Of a stretch of 64,000 nucleotides of DNA, positions 49,479-60,670 are shown piece after piece. The stretch covers positions 256,001 through 320,000 of the forward strand of contig CAVTTN010000002.1 of NCBI GenBank assembly GCA_963737655.1, read 5' to 3'. The position numbers and the translations under genes were made by a program. The notes beneath the pieces were generated by a model that did no database searches, had not been told where the DNA came from, and worked only from the letters and a program-made list of their open reading frames with translations. Position 1 is the first letter of the stretch; the number at the start of each line of letters is the position of its first letter. This DNA comes from an uncultured Planctomycetota bacterium (lineage in GTDB: Bacteria; Planctomycetota; Planctomycetia; Isosphaerales; Isosphaeraceae).

Positions 49479-50090
49479 ATGAAGGTCCAGGTGGTGTTCT
49501 ACAGCATGTATGGCCACATCTACCGGATGGCCGAGGCGATCGCCGAGGGGGCCCGGCAGGTGGAGGGGGCCGAGGTGTCCCTGTTCCAGGTGCCGGAGCT
49601 GGTCCCCGAGGAGGCCCTGGAGAAGAGCGGGGCGAAGGGGGCGAAATCCGCCTTCGCTCACGTCCCGGTGATGGAGCCCGAGACCCTGGCCGAGGCCGAC
49701 GCGATCCTGTTCGGCACGCCGACGAGGTTCGGCAACATGTGCGCCCAGATGAGGCAGTTTCTCGACCGGACCACGTCCCTCTGGCTCCAGGGCCGCCTGA
49801 TCGGCAAGGTCGGCAGCGTGTTCGCCAGCACGGGGAGCCAGCACGGCGGGCAGGAGACGACGATCACGAGCTTCCACACCACGTTGTTGCATCATGGGAT
49901 GGTGATCGTGGGGGTTCCCTACTCCGAGCCCCGGCTGGTGGCGATGGACGAGATCAGCGGAGGGACGCCCTACGGGGCCACCACGCTCGCCGGGCCCGAC
50001 GGCCGTCGCCAGCCCAGCGAGAACGAGCTGGCGATCGCCCGGTTCCAGGGCCGGCATGTGGCCGAAATCGCCCGGAAGCTCCATTCGTGA
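49479..50090 (+). CDS. wrbA: NAD(P)H:quinone oxidoreductase
   Basis: [27 protein letters not shown]. Confidence 0.95.
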   Translation: MKVQVVFYSMYGHIYRMAEAIAEGARQVEGAEVSLFQVPELVPEEALEKSGAKGAKSAFAHVPVMEPETLAEADAILFGTPTRFGNMCAQMRQFLDRTTSLWLQGRLIGKVGSVFASTGSQHGGQETTITSFHTTLLHHGMVIVGVPYSEPRLVAMDEISGGTPYGATTLAGPDGRRQPSENELAIARFQGRHVAEIARKLHS

Positions 50091-50222
50091 GATCGTACGC
50101 CCCGCTCCTCGCGAGAGGATGGAGCGAAAGGGACGAGGAGGGCCCGAGGCTGGACCTTACGGCCGGTCCCGGCGTCTTCTATAATGATCCGGGTCGACCC
50201 CTCCCGTCCTGGATTCCCGCCG

Positions 50223-53081
50223 ATGAGCGTCGCGGATTCGACCTACAACCTCGATGAGGCCCTCCACGATCGCTTCGGATTGGAGCGGTTCCGTCCCGGC
50301 CAGCGCGAGGCGATCGTCGAGGTCCTCGCCGGCCGGGACGTCCTTTGCGTGATGCCCACCGGCGGGGGCAAGAGCCTTTGCTACCAGCTTTCGGCCGTGC
50401 TCCTGCCGGGCGTCACCCTGGTCGTCAGCCCGTTGATCGCGTTGATGAAGGACCAGGTGGACGCTTTGACCGTCCGGGGCATCCGCGCCACCTTGATCAA
50501 CAGCACCCTCGACGCGAACGAGCAGGCGGCCCGGATCGCCGAGGTCGAGATGGGGCGGTATGACCTCGTCTACGTGGCCCCGGAGCGGTTCCGCAGCGGC
50601 CGGTTCGTCGAGATGATGAACCGGGTCAAGCCGGCGCTGCTCGCGGTCGATGAGGCGCATTGCATCTCCGAGTGGGGCCATGACTTCCGACCCGATTACG
50701 CCCGGCTCGGACTCGCCCGGAAGGCCCTGGGGATGCCGCCGTGCATCGCCCTGACCGCCACCGCGACCGACCAGGTCCGCCGGGACATCGCCGACCAGCT
50801 GGACCTCCGCGACCCCGCCCAGTTCGTCACCGGGTTCGACCGCCCGAACCTTTCGTACCGGGTGATCGAGGCGAGGAAGGACGTCGAGAAACTCACCGCG
50901 CTGGCCCAGGCCCTGGAACGCAATCCGGGTGCGGCGGTCGTTTATGCGAGCAGCCGCAAGAAGGTGGAGGAAGTGGGCAACTTCCTCGGCCGAGAGCTCC
51001 GTCGAGAAGCCGTGATCTATCACGCCGGGCTCGAACGAGACGCCCGGACCGAGGCCCAGGAACGCTTCATGAGCGGCCGGGCCGATGTCGTGGTGGCCAC
51101 CAACGCGTTCGGGATGGGCGTCGATAAGTCGAACATCCGCGCCGTGGTCCACTTCAACATGCCGGGAACCGTCGAGGCCTATTACCAGGAAGCCGGCCGC
51201 GCAGGACGCGACGGCCTGCCCGCCGAGTGCGTTTTGATCCATGCCCCGGGCGATCGCTACCTCCAGGAGATGTTCATCGAGAATGAATATCCCCCGCCCG
51301 ACGCGGTTTATCGCGTTTACGACTATCTCCGGGGCATCGAGGCCGACCCGATCGAGTTGACCCAGAGCGAGATCAAGGAAGCGGTCCCCCTCGATCTGAA
51401 CGAGACGGCCGTGGGAACGGCGTTGCGCATTCTCGAATCGGCCGGGGCCCTGGAACGGTTCTCCCCTCGCGAGAACCAGGCCATCATCCGGATTCAATCG
51501 GTCCCCGAGGAGGGGAGGCTAGCCGATCGGGTCTCGTCCTCGGCCCACGTGCAGAAGATCGTGATGACGGCCCTTGAAGGGCTCGTCAATCGGCGGATCG
51601 GCGAGCCGGTGTACTTCCATCCCGACGATTTTGCCACGAGCCTCGGCCTCGATCGATCGGCGTTAACGCGTGCTCTCAAAAATCTTTGCGCCGAGTTGCC
51701 GATCGATTACATCCCGCCCTTCCGAGGCCACGCGATCCGCGTCTTGAACCGCTCCCGGAAGGCCCGCGACCTCAAGATCGACTTCTCGACGCTCCAGAAG
51801 AGGAAGAACCAGGAATACGACAAGCTAGAGCGCATGATCAAGTACGCCGAGGCCCGCGCGTGTCGGAGGGCCTACATCCTCCAGTACTTCGGCGATCCCG
51901 AGGTCTCCCGCTGCGGCCGGTGCGACAACTGCGGGGTCTCCCCGACCGACCATCCTTCGCAGACGGCGTCCGTGGACACTCCGGCAGGCCGCGAGGTCCT
52001 GCAGAAGGTGCTTTCGGGCGTGGCGCGGTCGAAGGGGAAATTCGGCAAGACCGCGGTGGCAAAAATGCTCGTCGGTTCTTCTTCGGAGCAAATTGAACGC
52101 TCCGGTTTGATGAAATTGAGCACTTTCGGCATCCTGGCCGGCTCCGGGTTCACTCAGAAGGAGGTGGTCGAGATCCTCGACGCCCTCCTGGCGGGCGGAT
52201 TGGTCGAAGCGGAGGACGTCGATCGGTTCCGGCCGGTGGTCAAGCTCTCGGAGGCGGGCTGGACGTGGATCAAATCGACGACCCCGCCCTCGGTCGAGCT
52301 TGCCCTGACCCCTTATCTTGCGGAAAAGGTCCGAAGCGGGGGGCTGGAACGGCTGACTCCGGCCGCGAAACCGCCGGAACCTCCCCCCCAGACGACGGCC
52401 GATTTCGACGCCGACGCCGATGCCTCGGGGTGGGAGCCGCCGTCCGCGGCCAACGGCGACCCTCTGTACGAGACGCTCAAGGCGCTCCGCCTCCAGTGGG
52501 CGAAGGCGGCGAACGTCCGGGCGTTTCAGGTCTTCTCGAACCGGGTGCTGGAGGAGCTGGTCCGGCTCCGGCCGACCACGCCCCGGGACCTGGCGGCGAT
52601 CAAGGGGATCGGCCCCTCCACCCTGGAGCGATACGGTTCCGGCCTCCTCGACGCGATCCGAGGGGGCGGCCCGGGGTCGCCTCGGGGTGCCTCGCCCTCC
52701 CCTTCGCCCAGGCCGAGCGGCCCCGAACCCGAATTCGCCGAGCCTCCGCCGCTTCCCCGCCCTCCGCAATCCGCATCATCCTCCTCGGCAACGGCTTATG
52801 TGCCGACCGAGGAGCTGACCTGGAAGTTGCTGGACCGGGGGTTTTCGGTCGAGGAGGCGGCGGCAATCCGGGGGTTGGAGTCCTCGGCGATCCTCCGCCA
52901 TGCCTCGTGGATGCTCAAGAAGGGCAAGCCGGTGCCGGTGGCCTCGTTCCTCGACCCCGAGAGGGCCGCTCTCTGGGACGCCTGGCTCGCCCGGTCCGGG
53001 GAGGTGGCCCCGGAGAGCGACCCCCTGGCGGCCAGTTTGTGGGCTTTATTCGTCCAGTGCCGGCGGCTTGGCGGTGAATGA
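50223..53081 (+). CDS. recQ: RecQ family helicase with HRDC domain
   Basis: MPTGGGKS, VDEAHCISEWGHDFR, QEAGRAGRDG, Zn-binding CRR...C..CD.C, HRDC. Confidence 0.9.
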   Translation: MSVADSTYNLDEALHDRFGLERFRPGQREAIVEVLAGRDVLCVMPTGGGKSLCYQLSAVLLPGVTLVVSPLIALMKDQVDALTVRGIRATLINSTLDANEQAARIAEVEMGRYDLVYVAPERFRSGRFVEMMNRVKPALLAVDEAHCISEWGHDFRPDYARLGLARKALGMPPCIALTATATDQVRRDIADQLDLRDPAQFVTGFDRPNLSYRVIEARKDVEKLTALAQALERNPGAAVVYASSRKKVEEVGNFLGRELRREAVIYHAGLERDARTEAQERFMSGRADVVVATNAFGMGVDKSNIRAVVHFNMPGTVEAYYQEAGRAGRDGLPAECVLIHAPGDRYLQEMFIENEYPPPDAVYRVYDYLRGIEADPIELTQSEIKEAVPLDLNETAVGTALRILESAGALERFSPRENQAIIRIQSVPEEGRLADRVSSSAHVQKIVMTALEGLVNRRIGEPVYFHPDDFATSLGLDRSALTRALKNLCAELPIDYIPPFRGHAIRVLNRSRKARDLKIDFSTLQKRKNQEYDKLERMIKYAEARACRRAYILQYFGDPEVSRCGRCDNCGVSPTDHPSQTASVDTPAGREVLQKVLSGVARSKGKFGKTAVAKMLVGSSSEQIERSGLMKLSTFGILAGSGFTQKEVVEILDALLAGGLVEAEDVDRFRPVVKLSEAGWTWIKSTTPPSVELALTPYLAEKVRSGGLERLTPAAKPPEPPPQTTADFDADADASGWEPPSAANGDPLYETLKALRLQWAKAANVRAFQVFSNRVLEELVRLRPTTPRDLAAIKGIGPSTLERYGSGLLDAIRGGGPGSPRGASPSPSPRPSGPEPEFAEPPPLPRPPQSASSSSATAYVPTEELTWKLLDRGFSVEEAAAIRGLESSAILRHASWMLKKGKPVPVASFLDPERAALWDAWLARSGEVAPESDPLAASLWALFVQCRRLGGE

Positions 53082-53219
53082 ATGGCTTCGGAGGGAGTGG
53101 GGGCGGTTGATTTCGTAAATGTTGAGGCGCATAATCGACGCCTGGGTCGCACCCAGGGCGTTCCGGGCGGCGATCGAGGCGAGAATCGACCGGGGAATCG
53201 GCCGGCGGAGAGGTTCGGG

Positions 53220-53948
53220 ATGGCAGCGTCGGTAATGATCGAGGCCGTGTCGCTCCACAAGCAGTTCGGCCACTTCCTGGCCGTCCGCGACGTGAGCTTC
53301 CAGATCCCCCAAGGGCAGGTGGTGGCGTTCCTCGGCCCCAACGGCGCGGGCAAGACCACCACGATGAGACTCCTGACGGGTTTCATGGCCCCGACTTCGG
53401 GCTCGGCCCGGATCGCCGGGATCGACGTCCAGCACGACCGCCTCGCCGCCGCCGAGCAGCTGGGCTATCTCCCCGAGAACGGCCCGCTTTACCTGGACAT
53501 GACCCCTCTGGGCCTCCTCAAGTTCTTCGGCTCGGCCCGGGGGATGACCGGCCCGGAGCTGGCCTCCCGGATCGACGCGGTGGTGACGCTCTGCTCGCTC
53601 GGGACGGTGGCGAACAAGCCGATCGGCAAGCTCTCCAAGGGGTATCGCCAGCGGGTCGCGATGGCCCAGGCCCTGTTGCACGACCCCGAGGTTCTGATTT
53701 TGGACGAGCCGACCTCGGGCCTGGACCCCAACCAGATCCAGGGGGTCCGCCGGCTGATCCGCGACCTGGGTCGATCCAAGACGATTTTGGTTTCCACCCA
53801 CATCCTCCAGGAAGTCGAGCCCGTGGCCGACCGCGTCCTGTTCCTCCACGAAGGCCGGATCGTCTTCGACGGCACGCCCAAGGAACTGGTCGGCCCGGGG
53901 AAGAGCCTGGAGGAGCAGTTCCACCGCCTGACGGCCCAGCCCTCCTGA
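53220..53948 (+). CDS. ABC transporter ATPase (GldA-like)
   Basis: GPNGAGKT, LSKGYRQR, ILDEP. Confidence 0.9.
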   Translation: MAASVMIEAVSLHKQFGHFLAVRDVSFQIPQGQVVAFLGPNGAGKTTTMRLLTGFMAPTSGSARIAGIDVQHDRLAAAEQLGYLPENGPLYLDMTPLGLLKFFGSARGMTGPELASRIDAVVTLCSLGTVANKPIGKLSKGYRQRVAMAQALLHDPEVLILDEPTSGLDPNQIQGVRRLIRDLGRSKTILVSTHILQEVEPVADRVLFLHEGRIVFDGTPKELVGPGKSLEEQFHRLTAQPS

Positions 53949-53999
53949 GCCGAGGCCCGGCCCGGCGGGATCCGATCGCATGTCGAGGAGAGGACGAAG

Positions 54000-56759
54000 G
54001 TGACCAAGCTCGAAGAGAAGCCCCGAGAGGCCGCCGGATCGCCGGAGCCGCCTCCCCGGCGATCCGCCCCGTTGCGGCTCCACGTCCTGGGCGCCATCCT
54101 GGCCCGGAACTTCACCGGATATTTCAGCAACCCCGCCGGTTATGTCTTCATCGCCTTCTTCGTCCTGGCCGGAGGTCTCGCCGAGTTCTGGCAGGCCGAG
54201 TTCTTCGCCAACAACCTGGCGAATCTCGGCCCCTTGAACGTCTGGATGCCGTTCGTCCTCCTGTTCTTCATCCCGGCCATCACGATGAGCGTCTGGGCCG
54301 ACGAGCGGAGGCAGGGGACCGAGGAGCTTCTGCTGACCTTGCCGGCCCGGGACGTGGAGATCGTCCTGGGCAAGTACCTGGCGGCGCTGGGGATCTACAC
54401 CGTCGCCCTCGGCTTCCTCGCCCTCGGGCTGATCAGTCTCCTGCTGCTCCTGGGAAGCCCGGACCTCGGCGTGTTCGCGGCGAACATCCTGGGTTACTGG
54501 CTGGTGGGGGCCATGCTCCTGTCGTTCGGGATGGTCGCCTCGATGCTCACGTCCAACGTGACCGTGGCGTTCATCCTCGGGGCGGTCCTCTGCTCGGTCC
54601 CCGTGGTGACCAAGCTCCTGGGCTCCCCCACGGCCGGCTCGACCCGCCGGTTCATCGAGTGGCTGTCGGTCTCCGAGCAGTCCCGCGAGTTCGGCAACGG
54701 CGGCGTCTCCCTGGCGGGGGTCCTCTACTTCGTCACCCTGGCCGCCGGGATGCTCTATCTCAACGTGATCCTCCTGGGCCGCAGGCACTGGGCCGGAGGG
54801 CCCGACGCCCCGAAGCGCTGGACCCACTCGGCCGTCCGGTTCGGCTCGATCGTCCTGGCCCTGATCAGCCTGGACGTCCTGGCCCACCGGGTCCTCGGCT
54901 CCTGGCAGGTCGATCTGACCGAGGAACGGCTCCACTCGCTCTCGCCCGTCACGCGGTCAATCCTCCGCAAGATCCCGAGCGATCGTCCGGTGCTGATCCA
55001 GGCCTACATCAGCCCCGAAGTGCCCCGGGAATACGTCCAGACCCGCCTGGACCTGATCGACACCCTGCAAACCTACGCGGCGATGGCCGGCGACCGGATT
55101 CGCCTGAAGATCTTCGAGGTCGATCGCTACAGCGACACCGCCCGGGACGCCGAGAAGCGGTTCGGGATCACGCCGAAGCGCGTCCCGACCTCCGACGACG
55201 CCCGGCAATCGTCGAAGGAAATCTATCTGGGCGTGGCGTTTACGTCGGGCCCCGAGGAAGTCGTCGTGCCGTTCTTCGACCGCGGCTTGCCGGTCGAATA
55301 CGAACTGACGCGCTCGATCCGGGTCGTTTCGGGCGAGAAGCGGAAGCGGGTCGGCATCCTGGCGACCGACGCCCGGCTCCTGGGCGGGATCGATTTCCGG
55401 TCGATGGGCCAGGACCCGGAATGGGCGGTGGTCACCGAGCTGAAGAAGCAGTACGACGTGACGAGCGTGGCGGCCGACGCCCCGATCCCCGGCGACCTGG
55501 CGGCCCTGGTGGTGGCCCAGCCGTCGAGCCTGACCCAGAGGCAGGTCGGCCAGTTGACCGAGTACGTGCGGAAGGGCGGGGCGACGCTCCTCCTGATGGA
55601 CCCGTTCCCCCAGTTCGACCCGTCGCTCGCCCCCACCGAGCCCAAGACCCCGCCCGGAGGCGGCTTCGGCGGCCCTCCGCCCGAGCCCAAGGGCGACCTG
55701 GGCCCGTTGCTCGACGTGATCGGCGTGGACTGGCCGGCGACGGAGATCGTCTGGAACCGTTATAACCCGCATCAACAACTGGACGTCCCGCCCGAGATCG
55801 TCTTCGTCGGCCCCGGCAGCGGGGCCCGGCCGGCCTTCTCCGAGGACCCGAGCACCTCGGGCCTCCAGGAGGTCGTGTTCCTGTTCTGCGGGACGTTCCG
55901 GCCCCGGCCGTCGGCCTCGACCGAGTTCACGTCCCTGTTGAAGACGAATGACCGAGGCGGGACGATGGGTTACGAGGACCTCGTCCGCCGGGGCGCGTTC
56001 GGGATGTCGGGCCTCCAGAGGGATCGGCCCTACGTCGAGGGGCTGACCTCCTACACCCTCGCCGCCCGGATCACCGGGACACTCCCGCCCGAGCCGGCGG
56101 CCCCTCCGGCCGCAGGCCAGCCCCGGCCGAACCCGAAACCCTCGGCCAAGGCCAACGTGATCGCCGTGGCCGACCTGGACTTCATCGCCGACAACTTCTT
56201 CGAACTCCGGCGGAAGACCGTCGAGGCCTGGGATGCCTTCGACTTCGACAACGTCAGCTTCATCCTCAATTGCGTGGATGAACTCTCCGGGGACGACCAG
56301 TTCATCGCCCTTCGAAAGAAGAGGGCGAGGCACCGGACCCTCCGCCGCGTGGAGGAGCAATCCGAAAAATTCGTCAAAAAAGCCCAGGAGGAGTCGAGGA
56401 AGGCGGAGGACGACGCTAAGTCACAATTGGAAGAGGCCCGCAAGAGGTTGGAGGACCAGGTCGAGGAGATCCGCAAGAGCAAGGAATACGACGAAAAGAC
56501 CAAGGAAACGATGGTCGAGTATCGTCGCGAGGTCGAGAGCCGCCGCCTGGCCGTCCGCGAGGCGGAGATCGAGGACCGCAAGCGTCGGCAGATCCAGGAA
56601 AGCCTGGACCGCAAGGACGAGGCGATCCTCCAGATCCGCAACAACATCCGCCGGATGGCCTTGCTGATGCCCTTGCCGGCCGTCCTGCTCGGGGCGATGG
56701 TCTCCCTGGCCCGAGCGGGCCGGGAGAATCGCGGGGCCAACCCCAATCGCCTGGCCTGA
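54000..56759 (+). CDS. ABC-2 permease fused to GldG-like domain
   Basis: ERRQGT.ELLLT.P, DLTEE..HSLS, periplasmic domain, coiled coil. Confidence 0.8.
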   Translation: MTKLEEKPREAAGSPEPPPRRSAPLRLHVLGAILARNFTGYFSNPAGYVFIAFFVLAGGLAEFWQAEFFANNLANLGPLNVWMPFVLLFFIPAITMSVWADERRQGTEELLLTLPARDVEIVLGKYLAALGIYTVALGFLALGLISLLLLLGSPDLGVFAANILGYWLVGAMLLSFGMVASMLTSNVTVAFILGAVLCSVPVVTKLLGSPTAGSTRRFIEWLSVSEQSREFGNGGVSLAGVLYFVTLAAGMLYLNVILLGRRHWAGGPDAPKRWTHSAVRFGSIVLALISLDVLAHRVLGSWQVDLTEERLHSLSPVTRSILRKIPSDRPVLIQAYISPEVPREYVQTRLDLIDTLQTYAAMAGDRIRLKIFEVDRYSDTARDAEKRFGITPKRVPTSDDARQSSKEIYLGVAFTSGPEEVVVPFFDRGLPVEYELTRSIRVVSGEKRKRVGILATDARLLGGIDFRSMGQDPEWAVVTELKKQYDVTSVAADAPIPGDLAALVVAQPSSLTQRQVGQLTEYVRKGGATLLLMDPFPQFDPSLAPTEPKTPPGGGFGGPPPEPKGDLGPLLDVIGVDWPATEIVWNRYNPHQQLDVPPEIVFVGPGSGARPAFSEDPSTSGLQEVVFLFCGTFRPRPSASTEFTSLLKTNDRGGTMGYEDLVRRGAFGMSGLQRDRPYVEGLTSYTLAARITGTLPPEPAAPPAAGQPRPNPKPSAKANVIAVADLDFIADNFFELRRKTVEAWDAFDFDNVSFILNCVDELSGDDQFIALRKKRARHRTLRRVEEQSEKFVKKAQEESRKAEDDAKSQLEEARKRLEDQVEEIRKSKEYDEKTKETMVEYRREVESRRLAVREAEIEDRKRRQIQESLDRKDEAILQIRNNIRRMALLMPLPAVLLGAMVSLARAGRENRGANPNRLA

Positions 56760-56829
56760 GTGGATCTCCTCCTCCCCAAGACCAAGACCAAGACTTCTCG
56801 CATCGGCCCGGCCCCGGGATGGATTGACG

Positions 56830-58374
56830 ATGACTGATTTCCGCAAGACCCTGGTGTTCGTCGCGGTCGCGGCCGTCCTCGGCGGCTCGGCCTTGCTCGC
56901 CTCGATCGAGAGGGACCGCTCGTCCGAGGAGTTCCGGGACCAGGGGCAGCCGTTCTTCCCGGACTTCCGCGACCCGGCCCAATGCACGTCCCTGGAGGTC
57001 GTGGACGTGGACCCGGTCACGGCCGCCCCCCGGACCTTCAAGGTCATGCTCAAGGACGGCCGCTGGGTGATCCCCTCGCACTACGACTACCCGGCCGACG
57101 CCAAGGACCGCCTGGCCCAGACCGCCGCCCGGGTGATCGACCTTCGCAAGGACACGATCCGCTCGGACCGGGTCGAGGACCAGAAGACCTTCGGCGTCCT
57201 CGACCCGACGGACCTGAAGCTCACCTCGCCGGAGGGCGTGGGCAAGCGGATCACCCTGAAGGATCGCTCCGATCGCGTGCTGGCCGAGTACATCATCGGC
57301 AAGGACGTCCCGGGGCATAACGGCCAGAAGTACGTGCGAAGACCGAGCCAGGCGAGGACTTACGGCGTGGAAGTCAAGGCCGAACCCTCGACCCGCTTCG
57401 CCGACTGGATCGAGACCAACCTCCTGAAGCTGGAGGCGTCGCGGCTCCGCTCGGTCACGTTCGACAACACCAAGGTCGACGCCCGCCAGGGCCGGATCCT
57501 GCCCGGGGAAACCCTGAAGATCGAGAGGGCCGACGCCTCGGCCCCCTGGACGATGGCGGGCCTGGCCCCGACCGAGGAGATCGACCCGGCGAAGAGTTCC
57601 TCGCTGAGCTCGACCCTGGGCGACCTGAAGATCGTCGGGGTCCGGCCCAAGCCGGCGGGCCTCACGGCCGAGCTCAAGGCGGCCGGGGGCGAGGGCATCC
57701 GGCTCGACCGGACGGCGCTCAGCTCCCTGGCCCGTCGGGGGTTCTACTTCGCCGACGGTCGCCTGCTCTCGAACGAGGGGGGCCTGTTCGCCTCGACCGA
57801 CGAGGGGATCGTCTACGCCCTCCAGTTCGGCGACGTCACGTTCGCCGAGGGCGAGGCGCTGTCGGCCGGCTCGGAAGACGAGAGCGCCGCCGGGGCTGAG
57901 CCGGATGAGAAGGCGAAATCCAAGGACCCCAAGGCCCCGCCCAAGAAGGGGGACGGGGCCATCGAGAGCCGGTTCCTGTTCGTCCGGGCGCAGTTCGAGC
58001 CCGACCTGATCGCCAGGCCCGAGGAACCCCCGGCCGACGGCGAGCTGCCCGCCGAGCCGTTCCAGACGACCCCGGCCGAGCGTCAGGCGGCCCAAAGGAA
58101 GATCGAGACGGCCAGGGCCGAGTATCAGCGAAAGCTCGACCAGGGAAAGACGAGGGCCGCCGAACTCTCCGGACGGTTTGCCGCATGGTATTATGTCGTG
58201 CCGGGAGACTCGTATCGCAATCTCGTCCTGAATCGAGCCAGCCTGGTCCATCCCAAGCCCGATCCAGCCGCCCCCCCCACGGGCGGCGGCTTCCCGATGC
58301 CCGGCCCCGGCGGCCCATTCGGCGGAGGCCATCCCTTCGGCGACCTCCCCGCTCCCTCGGGCCGGCCGCGATAA
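56830..58374 (+). CDS. DUF4340-like protein
   Basis: N-terminal TM, W.I.SH..YPAD; follows the GldA/FG-like genes. Confidence 0.65.
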   Translation: MTDFRKTLVFVAVAAVLGGSALLASIERDRSSEEFRDQGQPFFPDFRDPAQCTSLEVVDVDPVTAAPRTFKVMLKDGRWVIPSHYDYPADAKDRLAQTAARVIDLRKDTIRSDRVEDQKTFGVLDPTDLKLTSPEGVGKRITLKDRSDRVLAEYIIGKDVPGHNGQKYVRRPSQARTYGVEVKAEPSTRFADWIETNLLKLEASRLRSVTFDNTKVDARQGRILPGETLKIERADASAPWTMAGLAPTEEIDPAKSSSLSSTLGDLKIVGVRPKPAGLTAELKAAGGEGIRLDRTALSSLARRGFYFADGRLLSNEGGLFASTDEGIVYALQFGDVTFAEGEALSAGSEDESAAGAEPDEKAKSKDPKAPPKKGDGAIESRFLFVRAQFEPDLIARPEEPPADGELPAEPFQTTPAERQAAQRKIETARAEYQRKLDQGKTRAAELSGRFAAWYYVVPGDSYRNLVLNRASLVHPKPDPAAPPTGGGFPMPGPGGPFGGGHPFGDLPAPSGRPR

Positions 58375-58600
58375 TCGCTCTGACCGGGCTCGATCCGATC
58401 CATTCGCAGGATCCTCTCCTCTCCTGTTGCTCGCGGCGTCTCCCCCCTCTCGGGCCATCCGGCCTGGGTTCCCAGGTACCGTGTCTTGAGGAGGTCCCGA
58501 TCATTCCCCTCCCGAACCCCACATCGTCCCCCTCTCGCATCCCGCGACGAGGCCCTTCCCCAGGACCGAATCCCCACCCGTCCAGCCCGAGGGAGCACCG

Positions 58601-59779
58601 ATGAGGCCCTTGCGCGTCGTCACGATCGGCCATTCCTACGTCATCGGCCTGAATCGAGCGGTGATGGATCGGATCGCCCGCCGTTCCGGGATCGAGCTGA
58701 CGGTCGTGGCCCCGAAGGCCTTTCATGGCGACCTTCGCCCGGTCGTCCTGGATGAAGCGGGCGAGAACACGCCGTACCGGCTCGTGGGGGTCGAGGCGAG
58801 GCTGACTCGCTACATCCACCTGTTCTATTACAAGCACCTCCGCGAGCTGATCCAGCGCGATCGATTCGACCTGGTCCACGCCTGGGAAGAGCCCTACATC
58901 CTGGCCGGCTACCAGATCGCCCGGGCGGCCGCCGCGGCGAAGTCTCGCTACTTCTTCCGGACCGCCCAGAGCCTGCCCAAGGCCTACCCCCCGCCGTTCG
59001 TCTACTTCGAGCGGTACTGCGCCCGCAATGCCGTCGGCTGGGTGGCCGGAGGCCGGATGGTCCAGAGGGCCCTGCAAGTTCGGGGCGGCTATCCGGCCAC
59101 CTCCGAGGTCATCACCCTGGGCGTGGACGAGGAGGACTTCCATCCCGATGAGGCCTCCGGCGCGGCCAAGAGGGCGGAGCTGAACTTCCCCCCCGGGCCG
59201 ATCATCGGCTTCCTCGGCCGGCTCACGGCGGCCAAGGGCCTGGACGTGTTGATGACGGCCCTGGAGAAGGTGCCCGGCCCGTGGAACCTCCTGGCCCTGG
59301 GCAGCGGGGTCTACGAGGCCAAGATCAATCGATGGGCGGCCGAGCGCGGCCTGTCGGATCGCGTCCGCGTCCTCCTCGCCCGTCACGAGCACGTCCCGGC
59401 CTACATCCGCGCCATGGACATGCTCGTGGCCCCGAGCCAGACCACCCCGAACTGGAAAGAGCAGTTCGGCCGGATGCTGATCGAGGCGTTCGCCACCAAG
59501 GTCGCCGTGATCGGCTCGGACTCCGGCGAGATCCCGTTCGTGATCGCCGACGCCGGCCTGATCGTCCCCGAGGCCGATCCGAACGCCTGGGCCGAGGCGA
59601 TCTCCGAGCTCCTGAATGACCCGGCCCGCCGCAACGCCCTGGCCGAGGCCGGCCTCGATCGGTTCCACAACCACTACAACTCCGCCCGGGTCGCCGATCG
59701 CTACTTCGACTTCTACCACCGGCTGATGGAGGTCCCTCTGCCCTCGGTCGGCGCCGAATCGGTCCCGGGGCTCGCCTGA
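58601..59779 (+). CDS. GT4 glycosyltransferase
   Basis: GRL...KG, WKEQFGRMLIEA, SDSGEIP. Confidence 0.88.
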   Translation: MRPLRVVTIGHSYVIGLNRAVMDRIARRSGIELTVVAPKAFHGDLRPVVLDEAGENTPYRLVGVEARLTRYIHLFYYKHLRELIQRDRFDLVHAWEEPYILAGYQIARAAAAAKSRYFFRTAQSLPKAYPPPFVYFERYCARNAVGWVAGGRMVQRALQVRGGYPATSEVITLGVDEEDFHPDEASGAAKRAELNFPPGPIIGFLGRLTAAKGLDVLMTALEKVPGPWNLLALGSGVYEAKINRWAAERGLSDRVRVLLARHEHVPAYIRAMDMLVAPSQTTPNWKEQFGRMLIEAFATKVAVIGSDSGEIPFVIADAGLIVPEADPNAWAEAISELLNDPARRNALAEAGLDRFHNHYNSARVADRYFDFYHRLMEVPLPSVGAESVPGLA

Positions 59780-59917
59780 GCCCCGGGGCCGAGCGACAGG
59801 GACGGGCCCAGGAGTCAGGCCCGGACCCTTGCGAACCCCGCCCCGAGTCGAGTAAATTGGGGCGGTCCGCCCCGGAGGGGCGGGGTCCGAAGCGTGACGC
59901 AAGGGGTCGAGGCGACG

Positions 59918-60514
59918 ATGGGTTCCGATCAGATCGGCGGAGGACCTTCCCCCGGGGGAGGCCGGATCAGGCATCTCCTGTCGGCCCTCGTCCGCAACCA
60001 GCCGGGCGTCCTCGCCCACGTCTCCGGGATGCTCGGCTCTCGCGGGTTCAACATCGATAGCCTGGCCGTCGGCGAGACCGAGGACCCGCACCTCTCCCGG
60101 ATCACCTTCGTCGTGAAGGGGGATGACCGCGTCCTGGAGCAGGTCCGCAAGCAGTTGGAGAAGATCGTCACCGTCGTCCGGGTGATCGACATCTCCCGCG
60201 AAGACTTCGTCGAGCGCGACCTGATGCTCCTGAAGATCGACGCCCCTCCCGAACGGCGGACCGAGATCCGCGGGCTCGTCCAGGATTTTCGCGGCCGGAT
60301 CGTCGATTACGGGACCGATCAGCTCATGATCGAGATTTCCGGCCAGGAAAAGAAGATCGAGGCGTTCATCGAGCTGATCCGCCCCTACGGCATCCGCGAG
60401 CTGGTCCGGACCGGCCGGATTGCCCTGGTCCGCAGCGGGTCCAGCGGCTCGGCCGACGACGCCGACGCCCCGGACGAGCCCGAAGCGGCGGTCGTCGGCC
60501 ATTCCAACCTGTGA
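59918..60514 (+). CDS. ilvN: Acetolactate synthase small subunit
   Basis: NQPGVL...RGFNIDSLAVG, ERDLML.K, ELVRTG. Confidence 0.92.
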   Translation: MGSDQIGGGPSPGGGRIRHLLSALVRNQPGVLAHVSGMLGSRGFNIDSLAVGETEDPHLSRITFVVKGDDRVLEQVRKQLEKIVTVVRVIDISREDFVERDLMLLKIDAPPERRTEIRGLVQDFRGRIVDYGTDQLMIEISGQEKKIEAFIELIRPYGIRELVRTGRIALVRSGSSGSADDADAPDEPEAAVVGHSNL

Positions 60515-60670
60515 GTCCAGACCCCGAGTGACCCCGGCCGTCGGCTGTCAGCGAGCAGCCCCGGCCGGACGGGGCCCCGGAACCCGCCGAGGCCCCGAAG
60601 GCTTCCCCGCCCCCCTCTCCGGCCGAGGGCCGATCGCTGCCCGCCCCTCGGCCCGCGCAAAGGTCCGCCG